Positions 7,375-15,458 of a stretch of 30,185 bases of DNA are shown in pieces (the stretch's first letter is position 1; every line of letters starts with the position of its first letter). The DNA is from Chthoniobacteraceae bacterium. GTDB lineage: Bacteria > Verrucomicrobiota > Verrucomicrobiia > Chthoniobacterales > Chthoniobacteraceae. The stretch spans positions 1 to 30,185 of the forward strand of contig JANNWY010000254.1 in NCBI GenBank assembly GCA_031409335.1, written 5' to 3'. Under the pieces are notes generated by a model that was given only the letters and a program-made list of their open reading frames with translations, did no database searches and was not told the origin of the DNA. Both the position numbers and the translations under genes were made by a program.

Positions 7375-8247
7375 ATGGCCTCGGATACTTCCACCCTCGG
7401 CGTCAGCATCCTCATTCCCGCTTTTAACGAAGAGGGCGCGATCGAGGAGACGGTGAAAAAAATTGCGGAGCAGCGCCGTTTTTTCCGCGAGCTGGAAATC
7501 GTCGTCATCAACGATGGCTCGGAAGATCGCACTGGTGAAATCGCGCGCGGACTTCCCGTGACGCTGCTCGAGCACGAATCGAATCGCGGCTACGGCGCGG
7601 CGTTGAAAACCGGGCTGCAAAAGGCCAAGCACGAGATCGTGATGATCGCCGACGCGGACGGGACTTATCCGCTGGAAGATATCCCGAAGCTCGCAGCGGA
7701 CATCGGCGAATTCGACATGGTCGTGGGCGCGCGCACCGGCGCGGTCGTGCAGGTGCCGTGGATGCGGCGTCCGGGAAAATGGATCATCACGCGCCTCGCC
7801 GTGTATCTCAGCGGCCAGCAAATTCCCGACCTGAATTCCGGCCTGCGCATCTTCCGCCGCGATGTCGCGCTGCGTTTTCTCACGCTTTACCCGGACGGCT
7901 TCTCATTCACCACCACGATCACACTCGCGATGCTCACGAATCACTACCGCGTGAAATTCGTGCCGATCAACTACATGCGCCGCATCGGCAAATCGTCGAT
8001 CAAACCGATCCGCGATTTTACCAACTTCACGATCCTGATCATCCGCATCTGCGCTTATTTCAAACCGCTGAACGTCTTCGTCCCGCCCGCGCTCGTCCTC
8101 ATCATTGCCGGCCTCGTGAAAGGCACGATCGACTACCGCGGCGACGGCCACCTCGGCCTGCTCGCCATCGCCCTCGCGCTGACGGGAATCCAAATGCTGT
8201 TCATCGGCTTGCTCGCGGATTTGATCGATCAGCGGATGAAGCTCTAG
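7375..8247 (+). CDS. Glycosyltransferase family 2, polyprenol-phosphate sugar synthase (DPM1/GtrB-like)
   Basis: SILIPAFNEE, VVINDGSED, NRGYGAA, DADGTY and DLNSGLR motifs; two C-terminal TM helices. Confidence 0.9.
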   Translation: MASDTSTLGVSILIPAFNEEGAIEETVKKIAEQRRFFRELEIVVINDGSEDRTGEIARGLPVTLLEHESNRGYGAALKTGLQKAKHEIVMIADADGTYPLEDIPKLAADIGEFDMVVGARTGAVVQVPWMRRPGKWIITRLAVYLSGQQIPDLNSGLRIFRRDVALRFLTLYPDGFSFTTTITLAMLTNHYRVKFVPINYMRRIGKSSIKPIRDFTNFTILIIRICAYFKPLNVFVPPALVLIIAGLVKGTIDYRGDGHLGLLAIALALTGIQMLFIGLLADLIDQRMKL

Positions 8248-8276
8248 CAAACCAGATGACGCACGCGCGCCGAGTC

Positions 8277-8388
8277 GTAGCTGCGACGCCCTCGTCGCAG
8301 AGGGTGTCCGCGGCGCCCTCGCCGCCCGTCGCCAGCCACGCGGCGGGGGCACCGCGGACACCTTCTGCGACGGGGGCGTCGCAGCTAC
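8277..8388. repeat. REPIN-like inverted doublet of GTAG-type REP sequences
   Basis: 49-bp arms (8277-8325 and 8340-8388) with 4 mismatches and a 14-nt loop. Each arm starts GTAG followed by the hairpin CTGCGACG-N4-CGTCGCAG. Confidence 0.85.
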
Positions 8389-8398
8389 CAGCCCCCGC

Positions 8399-9886
8399 GT
8401 GAACGCCACTGTTTCACGCACGCTGCTCGTCGTCTGGTCGCTCGCGCTCTTCGCCGCCACGCTCGCGCTGAATCTGCGGCACCGCGATTTCGCGTGGTAT
8501 TACCACTCAGACGAAGGCAGCAAGATCGAGCAGGTGCTCGACGGGAAATGGAATTTCAACCATCCGATGCTGCTCCTGCGCGCGTCGAAAATCGCGCTCG
8601 ATCTCAGCGGCACACCCCGCGATCCGCAGGCCGTGGTGGAAATCGGGCGCGCGGTTTCCGCGACGTTCACCGCACTCGCCGTCGTCGCGCTTTCGCTCTT
8701 CGCATTTCAATGGCGCGGCTGGCTCGCCGCGCTTTCCGCGGGCGGTGCGCTGATGCTGCACCACCAGCTTTTCGAGCTATCGCATTACATGAAGGAGGAC
8801 ACCGCGCTGCTCTTCGGCCTCTCGCTCGCGCTGCTGGCGCTCGGATTTTTTGAAGCGCGCCCATCGCTCGCCACCGCGCTCGCGCTGGGTGCCGCGACCG
8901 CGCTCGCCATTTCGGGAAAATACATCGGTGCCATCGTGCTCGCCGCGACTGCACCGACGCTCGCTCGAGTGCGCGGGAAATATCGCAGCGCCGCATTTTT
9001 CGCCGGACTCGCTGCCGTGCTGCTCGCGGTGAACTGGCCGCTCATCGCCGACTTCGACACGTTCCAAAAAAGCCTCGCGCGGGAAACGGAATACGTCATC
9101 GAAGGTCAGAAAGGCAGCACGCGCAGCGTCCCGCACGCGGTCTATTGGAATGTCTTCATCGACAACACCACGCCCGCGATCTGGCTGCTGCTCATCCTCT
9201 TCATCGCCGCGCGCTGGGGCGGCTGGAGCGCCATCACGCTCACGCGCTGGCACGCCGTCGCGTTCCCATTTTACTACGCACTGATGCTCTCGTTTTCGCC
9301 GAAGGAAAACGACCGCTACTTCCTCCCCGCCACGGCGATGTTCACCGTCCTCGCCGCGCTCGCCGTCCCGGATGTCGCGCGTCTTTTTCATCGAAAATGG
9401 GCCGCGCCCCTAGCCGCCGTCGCGCTCATCGCCTGCCAGTTGCCATCGTGGCTGCGCTATGAGCACGCCTTTCAGACCGACGACTCACGCGACTTGCAGG
9501 CGTGGTGCCGCGAGCAGTTGCCCGCCGACGCCGTGATCGCCAAAGACAGCCGCATCTGGCTGCCCGATCCGAAGAAGCCCGACCGCGTTCCGGCGGGCGC
9601 GATCCCGCAGCGAGTGGTCGCGGAGAAATTTGCGGCGGACCTTGGTTCGCTGGATGAAATGCGAAGCAAAGGCATCACGCACGTCGCCGTATCCGAAAGC
9701 GACTACGGCCGCTTTTTTCGGGAATCGCTGCGGCCAAAAGCCGGCGAAGAGGAGGATTTTTCCCGGCGGCGCGCGGTTTACCGGACGCTGTTTGAAAAGG
9801 GCGAACTCGTCTTCGAGCGCAAGCGCGGCACGATGCTTTACCTCCATCCCGGCATCCGCGTGTATCGGATCAAACTGGGCGCTTGA
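8399..9886 (+). CDS. Multi-TM GT-C superfamily glycosyltransferase (PMT_2/ArnT-like)
   Basis: First-loop HSDE, NFNHP, MKED, KY and RYFLP motifs; many TM helices; soluble C-terminal domain; follows the GT2 gene. Confidence 0.8.
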   Translation: MNATVSRTLLVVWSLALFAATLALNLRHRDFAWYYHSDEGSKIEQVLDGKWNFNHPMLLLRASKIALDLSGTPRDPQAVVEIGRAVSATFTALAVVALSLFAFQWRGWLAALSAGGALMLHHQLFELSHYMKEDTALLFGLSLALLALGFFEARPSLATALALGAATALAISGKYIGAIVLAATAPTLARVRGKYRSAAFFAGLAAVLLAVNWPLIADFDTFQKSLARETEYVIEGQKGSTRSVPHAVYWNVFIDNTTPAIWLLLILFIAARWGGWSAITLTRWHAVAFPFYYALMLSFSPKENDRYFLPATAMFTVLAALAVPDVARLFHRKWAAPLAAVALIACQLPSWLRYEHAFQTDDSRDLQAWCREQLPADAVIAKDSRIWLPDPKKPDRVPAGAIPQRVVAEKFAADLGSLDEMRSKGITHVAVSESDYGRFFRESLRPKAGEEEDFSRRRAVYRTLFEKGELVFERKRGTMLYLHPGIRVYRIKLGA

Positions 9887-9921
9887 TGGCTTGCTCGGGA
9901 TTCCACACGCTTTCATCATCA

Positions 9922-10944
9922 ATGTCCCCGACGGTCCCTAATCGCGAAGATTGGTTCGAGCACGATGGCGCGTTTCCCCGCCCTTGCTGGGGAGCGATTC
10001 ACGGATGGATGCGCGTCTATGCACTAGAGCCCGATTGGGATGATGTGTGGAAACAGTGGGCTCGTCATTGGATCGAGCGCCTTCGCGCGGCGTTGGGTGG
10101 ACGATACGCAACGGATGAATCGGAGCATTTCCACTTTCTCTCCGAACAATCCCCAGACGCCCGCGCCAAGTCGCTCGCTTTTCTGGAAAATGCCCGGCAC
10201 AAAATTCTTCGGATTCTTGGGAAGGTCGGGGAGGCGAAAATATACGGAAAACACTTGGTCATTCGCTTCACCGACACGGACGATTATTATGCCTACGTCG
10301 CCCATTTTTATCCCGATGGCTCATTCGCCGGATCGGCAGGGATGTTCATCAATGAGGAATATCCGCACATCGCGATTCCGGAATCCCATCTGCCAGGCAT
10401 CGAACGCGGGACGCTGGCGCACGAATTGTCGCACAACGTTCTCGCTCATTTGCCGCTTCCATGCTGGCTGAATGAGGCGCTCGCGATGGCCTTCGAGTTG
10501 GATATCGGCGGAATGGCGGCTGATCCGCTCACCCAAGAACTTGCCGCGCAGCATCGCGACTATTGGGACGCTGAAATCATCCAGGAGTTTTGGTCAGGAA
10601 AGGCCTTCGGCGATGTGAAAGGTCAGGAATTTGCATACGGTCTCGCACGCATTTTACTCCATCTGATCCGGACAGAAATTCAGCCGACTGAAGAGGATTT
10701 CAGAGATTTTGTTCTGCGGGCAGAGTGGAGCGACGGCGGCGCGGTCGCATCTCGTGAGCACCTTGGCAACGAATTGGAGAATCTCGCGGCCACATTTCTC
10801 GGCGAAGGTGATTGGGCTCCGCGACCGAAGGAATGGAAAAACCAAAAAATCAATCCGCCCGATTTCACCGGCTCGTCCGCGCTCGACGAATGTGCGCAAC
10901 CACCGGACGCAGAACTGCGGAAGAAACACAGCCCTATCCGATAG
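9922..10944 (+). CDS. Hypothetical zinc metallopeptidase-like protein (HExxH...E, gluzincin/peptidase MA-like)
   Basis: LAHELSH...LPCWLNEALA; no signal peptide; visibly more AT-rich than its flanks. Start uncertain (9883 or 9922). Confidence 0.65.
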   Translation: MSPTVPNREDWFEHDGAFPRPCWGAIHGWMRVYALEPDWDDVWKQWARHWIERLRAALGGRYATDESEHFHFLSEQSPDARAKSLAFLENARHKILRILGKVGEAKIYGKHLVIRFTDTDDYYAYVAHFYPDGSFAGSAGMFINEEYPHIAIPESHLPGIERGTLAHELSHNVLAHLPLPCWLNEALAMAFELDIGGMAADPLTQELAAQHRDYWDAEIIQEFWSGKAFGDVKGQEFAYGLARILLHLIRTEIQPTEEDFRDFVLRAEWSDGGAVASREHLGNELENLAATFLGEGDWAPRPKEWKNQKINPPDFTGSSALDECAQPPDAELRKKHSPIR

Positions 10945-10946
10945 TC

Positions 10947-11252
10947 TCAGGGGTGCCCGACTTGCGGAGTTCCTCGTGCGCCGTGCCAGAATCGCGCGAT
11001 GTCCACACGGCAATCGCCGTGATCGACGCGATGGATGATTCGGTAGGAACGGACGATGATCTCCCGAATGGCTGGATCATCGAATTCCGGGACGACGCGA
11101 CCCAACTCGGGAAACTCACCAAGCCGTTTGGCGTTGCTTACGAGAAACTGACCGAAACTGACCGCCCGTTCTGGCGAATCCAGTGAGATGTAGCGAACAA
11201 TGTCGCGGAGGTCGCGGCGCGCCGAGGGTGACAGGGCTACTTGATAACCCAT
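10947..11252 (-). CDS. Type II toxin, RelE/ParE family
   Basis: YQVALSPSARRDLRDIVRYIS.DSP.RA...FPELGRVVPE...IREII..SYRII.R...HGAR. Confidence 0.9.
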   Translation of the reverse strand: MGYQVALSPSARRDLRDIVRYISLDSPERAVSFGQFLVSNAKRLGEFPELGRVVPEFDDPAIREIIVRSYRIIHRVDHGDCRVDIARFWHGARGTPQVGHP

Positions 11253-11422
11253 GATGGCAACTCGCGTTCGATCTCCTCGATCGAAATTCGCTCGCCGCCT
11301 TCTATCTCCGCAAGCCCCTGCCTGACTGCGGCGACGAATTCGATCTCCTGAGCGACCTGATGCAACGTCACGTTTTCGGGCAGCTTGTGAAGGAGGTCTT
11401 CAACGATTTGCTTGGTGCTCAT
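11237..11422 (-). CDS. Putative antitoxin of the RelE/ParE pair
   Basis: 61-aa acidic protein (LPENVT...VRQGLAEIEGGERISIEEI) upstream of and overlapping the toxin. Confidence 0.85.
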   Translation of the reverse strand: MSTKQIVEDLLHKLPENVTLHQVAQEIEFVAAVRQGLAEIEGGERISIEEIERELPSWVIK

Positions 11423-12927
11423 ATGTCCAGCTTGCGCGCGGAATTCGGATATTCAAGGACCGGCTTTGACGCGCCGCCTACGCCCAGCACCCCGGGAATC
11501 ACTTCCGCCCCGCCCGCGATTCCCGTGAGCCGTTCGGGGCGTCCGCTGTGTTCGTATTTTAGGTCGTCGTGGTTCAGGCCGAGGGCGGTAAGGATCGTGG
11601 CGTGGAGGTCTTTGAAGTCGTGCGGCTGCTCGGTGGCCATGAGGCCGATTTCGTCGGTCGCGCCGATCCGCGTGCCGGGTTTCACGCCGCCTCCAGCCAT
11701 CCAGATGGTGAATCCGGCGGCGTTGTGCTGGCGGCCGTTTTCGCCCTGCATCATCGGGGTGCGGCCAAATTCGCTGGCGCAGATGACGAGCGTTTCATCG
11801 AGCAGACCGCGCTGTTTCAAATCGTCGATGAGCGCGGCGATGGGCTGGTCGGTTTGGAGCGCGAGCGGCGGGTGGTTTTTGGTGATGTGCGAATGCGCGT
11901 CCCAGCCGTCTTTGTCGAACATGTTGTAAATCTGCACGAAGCGGACGCCGCGCTCGACGAGCCGACGCGAGAGCAGACATTTGCGGCCAAATTTCGCGAG
12001 CTGTTTGTCGCCGTGATCGAGCCCGTAGCTTGCGCGGAGGCTGGCGCTTTCCTTTTCCAAATCGCCGACATCGAGCGCGGCGGATTGCATCCGGTAGGCG
12101 AGTTCGTAGCTGGCGATGCGGGCGTCGAGTTCGGGGGCGTTTGGGCGCGTGGCGCGGTGCTTCAGATTGAGTTCGCGGATGAGATCGAGCGTCGCGCGCT
12201 GGCCTTCGGCGAAGGCGGCGGGTGGCAGGAGATCGAGCACCGGCGTGCCTTCGTCGCGCAGGCGGGTGCCTTGGAATGCGGCGGGCAGATAGCCGTTGGC
12301 GTAGTTTCCCGCGCCACCGAGCGGGCCGGCCTCGAAGAGCAGGACGTAGCCGGGCAGATTCTGATTTTCGGTGCCGAGTCCGTAGGTGATCCATGAGCCG
12401 AGGCTGGCTTTGCCGGCGAGCGATTCGCCGGTGTGAAGCTGAAAACTGGCGGGCGCGTGATTGTTGCTCTCGGCCTGCATGGAGTGGATGAAGCAGAGGT
12501 CGTCCACGCGTTTCGCCAGATGCGGATACAACTCGGAAACCCACATGCCGCTCCGGCCATGCTGAGCAAAAGTGAACGGGCTCGCCAACAGCTCGTCCTT
12601 GCAACCCTCGAAGACATTCGCGTGCCGCGATTTTTTCAGCGCCTCGCGAATCGAGGCGGGCACGGGTTTGCCGCCCAGTTTTTGCAGCTCAGGTTTGTAG
12701 TCGAAAGTGTCGATGCTCGACGGGCCGCCGACCATGAAAAGGAAGATGGCGCTTTTCGCCTTCGGCGCGAAATGCGGCGGGCGCGGGAGAAAAGGATTGA
12801 TCGGATCGATCCGCACATCCGCGCGCGATGGCGTGCGCAGCAATGCGCCAAGTGCGAGCGCGCCGAATCCGCCGGTGGTGCGCGTCAGGAATTCGCGCCG
12901 GGAGCAGCCTGTGCAGTGGAGATACAT
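11419..12927 (-). CDS. DUF1501 domain protein with Tat-like signal
   Basis: SRREFL; AKSAIFLFMVGGPS.IDTFDYKP; RRLVERGVRFVQ; WDAH; SEFGRTP; DLHATIL. Start placed at ATG 12927. Confidence 0.92.
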   Translation of the reverse strand: MYLHCTGCSRREFLTRTTGGFGALALGALLRTPSRADVRIDPINPFLPRPPHFAPKAKSAIFLFMVGGPSSIDTFDYKPELQKLGGKPVPASIREALKKSRHANVFEGCKDELLASPFTFAQHGRSGMWVSELYPHLAKRVDDLCFIHSMQAESNNHAPASFQLHTGESLAGKASLGSWITYGLGTENQNLPGYVLLFEAGPLGGAGNYANGYLPAAFQGTRLRDEGTPVLDLLPPAAFAEGQRATLDLIRELNLKHRATRPNAPELDARIASYELAYRMQSAALDVGDLEKESASLRASYGLDHGDKQLAKFGRKCLLSRRLVERGVRFVQIYNMFDKDGWDAHSHITKNHPPLALQTDQPIAALIDDLKQRGLLDETLVICASEFGRTPMMQGENGRQHNAAGFTIWMAGGGVKPGTRIGATDEIGLMATEQPHDFKDLHATILTALGLNHDDLKYEHSGRPERLTGIAGGAEVIPGVLGVGGASKPVLEYPNSARKLDI

Positions 12928-13012
12928 GGGAAGAATCGGGGACTTGGCGGCAAAAGTATTTCGGGCGAACGGATTTATCGAGTAATCCTCCGTCACAAAT
13001 TTTCTTCGGATC

Positions 13013-15400
13013 ATGCGTCGTTCCAATCCCGTCCTCGCTGCGTTTGCGTGTGTGTTTTCGACACACGCGGCGGAGCTGTTGGCGGATGAGAGGTTCCACG
13101 CGGAAGTGTGGCCGCTGCTGGAGCGGACTTGTCTGCGTTGCCACGGCCCGGAAAAGCAGAAGAGCGGGCTGCGGCTGGATTCGCGTGAGGCGGCGTTGAA
13201 AGGCGGTGAGGATGGCGCGGCGCTGGTGCCGGGGAAGCCGGAGGAAAGTTTGCTTTTGAAACTGGTGCGTCACACGGACGCGGATCGCGAGATGCCGCCG
13301 AAGGAAAAGCTGCAAGACGCCGAGATCGCGAGCCTGGAGCGCTGGATCGCGGATGGCGCTCCGTGGCCCGCGCCGCCTTCCGGCGAGGAGGCTGCGGTGG
13401 TGGAAAATCTTGGCAATGCGTGGAGCGATCCGCGGAATCCGATCACGAAAATTTTCTTCGGAAAGCGGCTCGATCTCTGGTCGCTGAAACCGATCGCGAA
13501 TCCGCTGCCGCCGAAAGCGGGAAACCCGATCGACGCTTTTGCGCGCGCGCCGCTGGCACCCGAGGCGGATGCGCGCACGCTTTGCCGGCGGCTGTATTTC
13601 GGGCTCACCGGGCTGCCGCCGACGCCGGAGGAGATGGCGGCATTTCTGGATGGGTCCCATGGGTCGAATGATTCCTACGAGACCCATATCGATCGCCTGC
13701 TCGCCGCGCCGCGCTACGGCGAGCACTGGGCGCGGATGTGGCTCGATGTGGTGCGCTACAGCGACAGCAATGGCTTTGACTGGGATGAGTTTCGCCCGCA
13801 GGCGTGGCGCTTCCGCGATTACGTGATCCGCTCGTTGAATGCGGACAAACCGTTCGACCGTTTCGTGCGCGAACAACTCGCCGGCGACGAACTTCTCTCC
13901 GGTCCACCGCGCGATGCCGCAGAGCAGGATTGCCTCATCGCCACCGGCTACCTGCGGCTTGGTCCGCACGACAACAGCGCGGCGCAATTCGGCGAAGGCC
14001 CGCGCGTCCGCGCCGCGCTGATGAACGATCTCGTCGAGACGACCGGCGCCGCGTTCCTCGGCCTCACGCTCTCGTGCAGCCGCTGCCACCATCACAAATT
14101 CGATCCGATTTCCCAGGCCGACTACTACCGGCTGCGCGCGTTTTTCGAGGGTGTGAAATTTGCCGACGATCTGCCGATCGACCTCGCTCCGAGGCAGGAC
14201 GAGGTGAATCGCGCGAACGAAGCGATCGAGGCGCGGATGAAGGAAGCGCGCAAAATTCGCGATGAGATCGCCGCGACTGCGAAGGAGCGAATCAAGTCGC
14301 CGAAAATAAAGGACAAGCCTTCCGACGAGGAAGTGCAGGCCGTTTTAAGCGAAGACGAAAAGCGCCGCCACGCCGAGGCGGATGCGGCGCTGAAGGAGTT
14401 GAAAAAGAAGATTCAGCCATTCACCACCGGCCTGCTCGCCGTCGATGAAAACGCGAAGCCGCCCGCGACGCGCGTGCTTTTCCAAGGCGATCTCACAAAG
14501 CCACGCGAACCGGTGCCGCCGGGATTTCTCTCCGCGCTCGATCCGAATCCCGCCACCGTGCCGAAGCCCGCGCGTGAGAATTCCTCCGGCCGCCGCAGCG
14601 CGTTCGCGGAGTGGATCGTGTCGGAGAAAAATCCGCTGACCGCGCGAGTCATCGTGAATCGGGTGTGGCAGGCGCACTTCGGCGAAGGACTCGTCGCGAC
14701 CGCGAACGATTTCGGTTTCGCGGGCGCGCGTCCGACGAATCCTGAACTGCTCGACTGGCTCGCGCGCGAATTCATGCGCGACGGCTGGTCTTTGAAAAAA
14801 CTGAACCGCCTCATCGTCACCAGCGCCACGTATCGCCAAAGCACGACGGTGCGGCGGCTGAGCGCGGAGGCGATGCGCGACACGATGCTCGCGGTCGCGG
14901 GAAAGCTGCTGCCGTTTGAAGGCGGCGCGCCGGTGTGGCCGGAACTGCCCGATGAAGTGCTGCGCGCAAACCCCGCCGTGCTCGATGACAACGCGGAGAA
15001 AACCAAAGGCTGGTATCCCACGCCGCGCGAAAAGGCCGGCGTCGCCAGCATCTTCCTCGTGCAAAAACGCGGGCTGCACGTGCCGATGATGGACACCTTC
15101 GATCTGCCCGACAACTCGCTCTCCTGCGCGCGCCGCGATGTCTCCACCGTCGCCCCGCAGGCGCTCACGCTGCTCAACAGCCCGTTCGCCACGGAGATGG
15201 CGGACGCCTTTTCCAAACGAGTCCAGCGCGAGGCCGGCGACGACCCCGCCGCGCAGATCGAGCGCGCCTTCGCCCTCGCCTTTCAGCGTCCGCCCGACGA
15301 CGCCGAGCGCGCATCCTGCGCGCAATTCCGCCAGCAGCGCACCCTCGCGGAACTCTGCCGCGCGCTGCTGAATGTGAACGAACTCGTGTACGTCGATTGA
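13013..15400 (+). CDS. Planctomycete cytochrome c (PSCyt1)/DUF1549/DUF1553 (PSD1) protein
   Basis: Signal peptide; CLRCH and CSRCH heme-binding motifs; YGEHWARMWLDVVRY, NPLTARVIVNRVWQAHFG, PELLDWLA and QALTLLN. Confidence 0.92.
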   Translation: MRRSNPVLAAFACVFSTHAAELLADERFHAEVWPLLERTCLRCHGPEKQKSGLRLDSREAALKGGEDGAALVPGKPEESLLLKLVRHTDADREMPPKEKLQDAEIASLERWIADGAPWPAPPSGEEAAVVENLGNAWSDPRNPITKIFFGKRLDLWSLKPIANPLPPKAGNPIDAFARAPLAPEADARTLCRRLYFGLTGLPPTPEEMAAFLDGSHGSNDSYETHIDRLLAAPRYGEHWARMWLDVVRYSDSNGFDWDEFRPQAWRFRDYVIRSLNADKPFDRFVREQLAGDELLSGPPRDAAEQDCLIATGYLRLGPHDNSAAQFGEGPRVRAALMNDLVETTGAAFLGLTLSCSRCHHHKFDPISQADYYRLRAFFEGVKFADDLPIDLAPRQDEVNRANEAIEARMKEARKIRDEIAATAKERIKSPKIKDKPSDEEVQAVLSEDEKRRHAEADAALKELKKKIQPFTTGLLAVDENAKPPATRVLFQGDLTKPREPVPPGFLSALDPNPATVPKPARENSSGRRSAFAEWIVSEKNPLTARVIVNRVWQAHFGEGLVATANDFGFAGARPTNPELLDWLAREFMRDGWSLKKLNRLIVTSATYRQSTTVRRLSAEAMRDTMLAVAGKLLPFEGGAPVWPELPDEVLRANPAVLDDNAEKTKGWYPTPREKAGVASIFLVQKRGLHVPMMDTFDLPDNSLSCARRDVSTVAPQALTLLNSPFATEMADAFSKRVQREAGDDPAAQIERAFALAFQRPPDDAERASCAQFRQQRTLAELCRALLNVNELVYVD

Positions 15401-15458
15401 GCGCCCGCCCGTCTCCGCTCTTGCGCTCGGCACGGTGAATGCGGACCCTTACCCAAGG

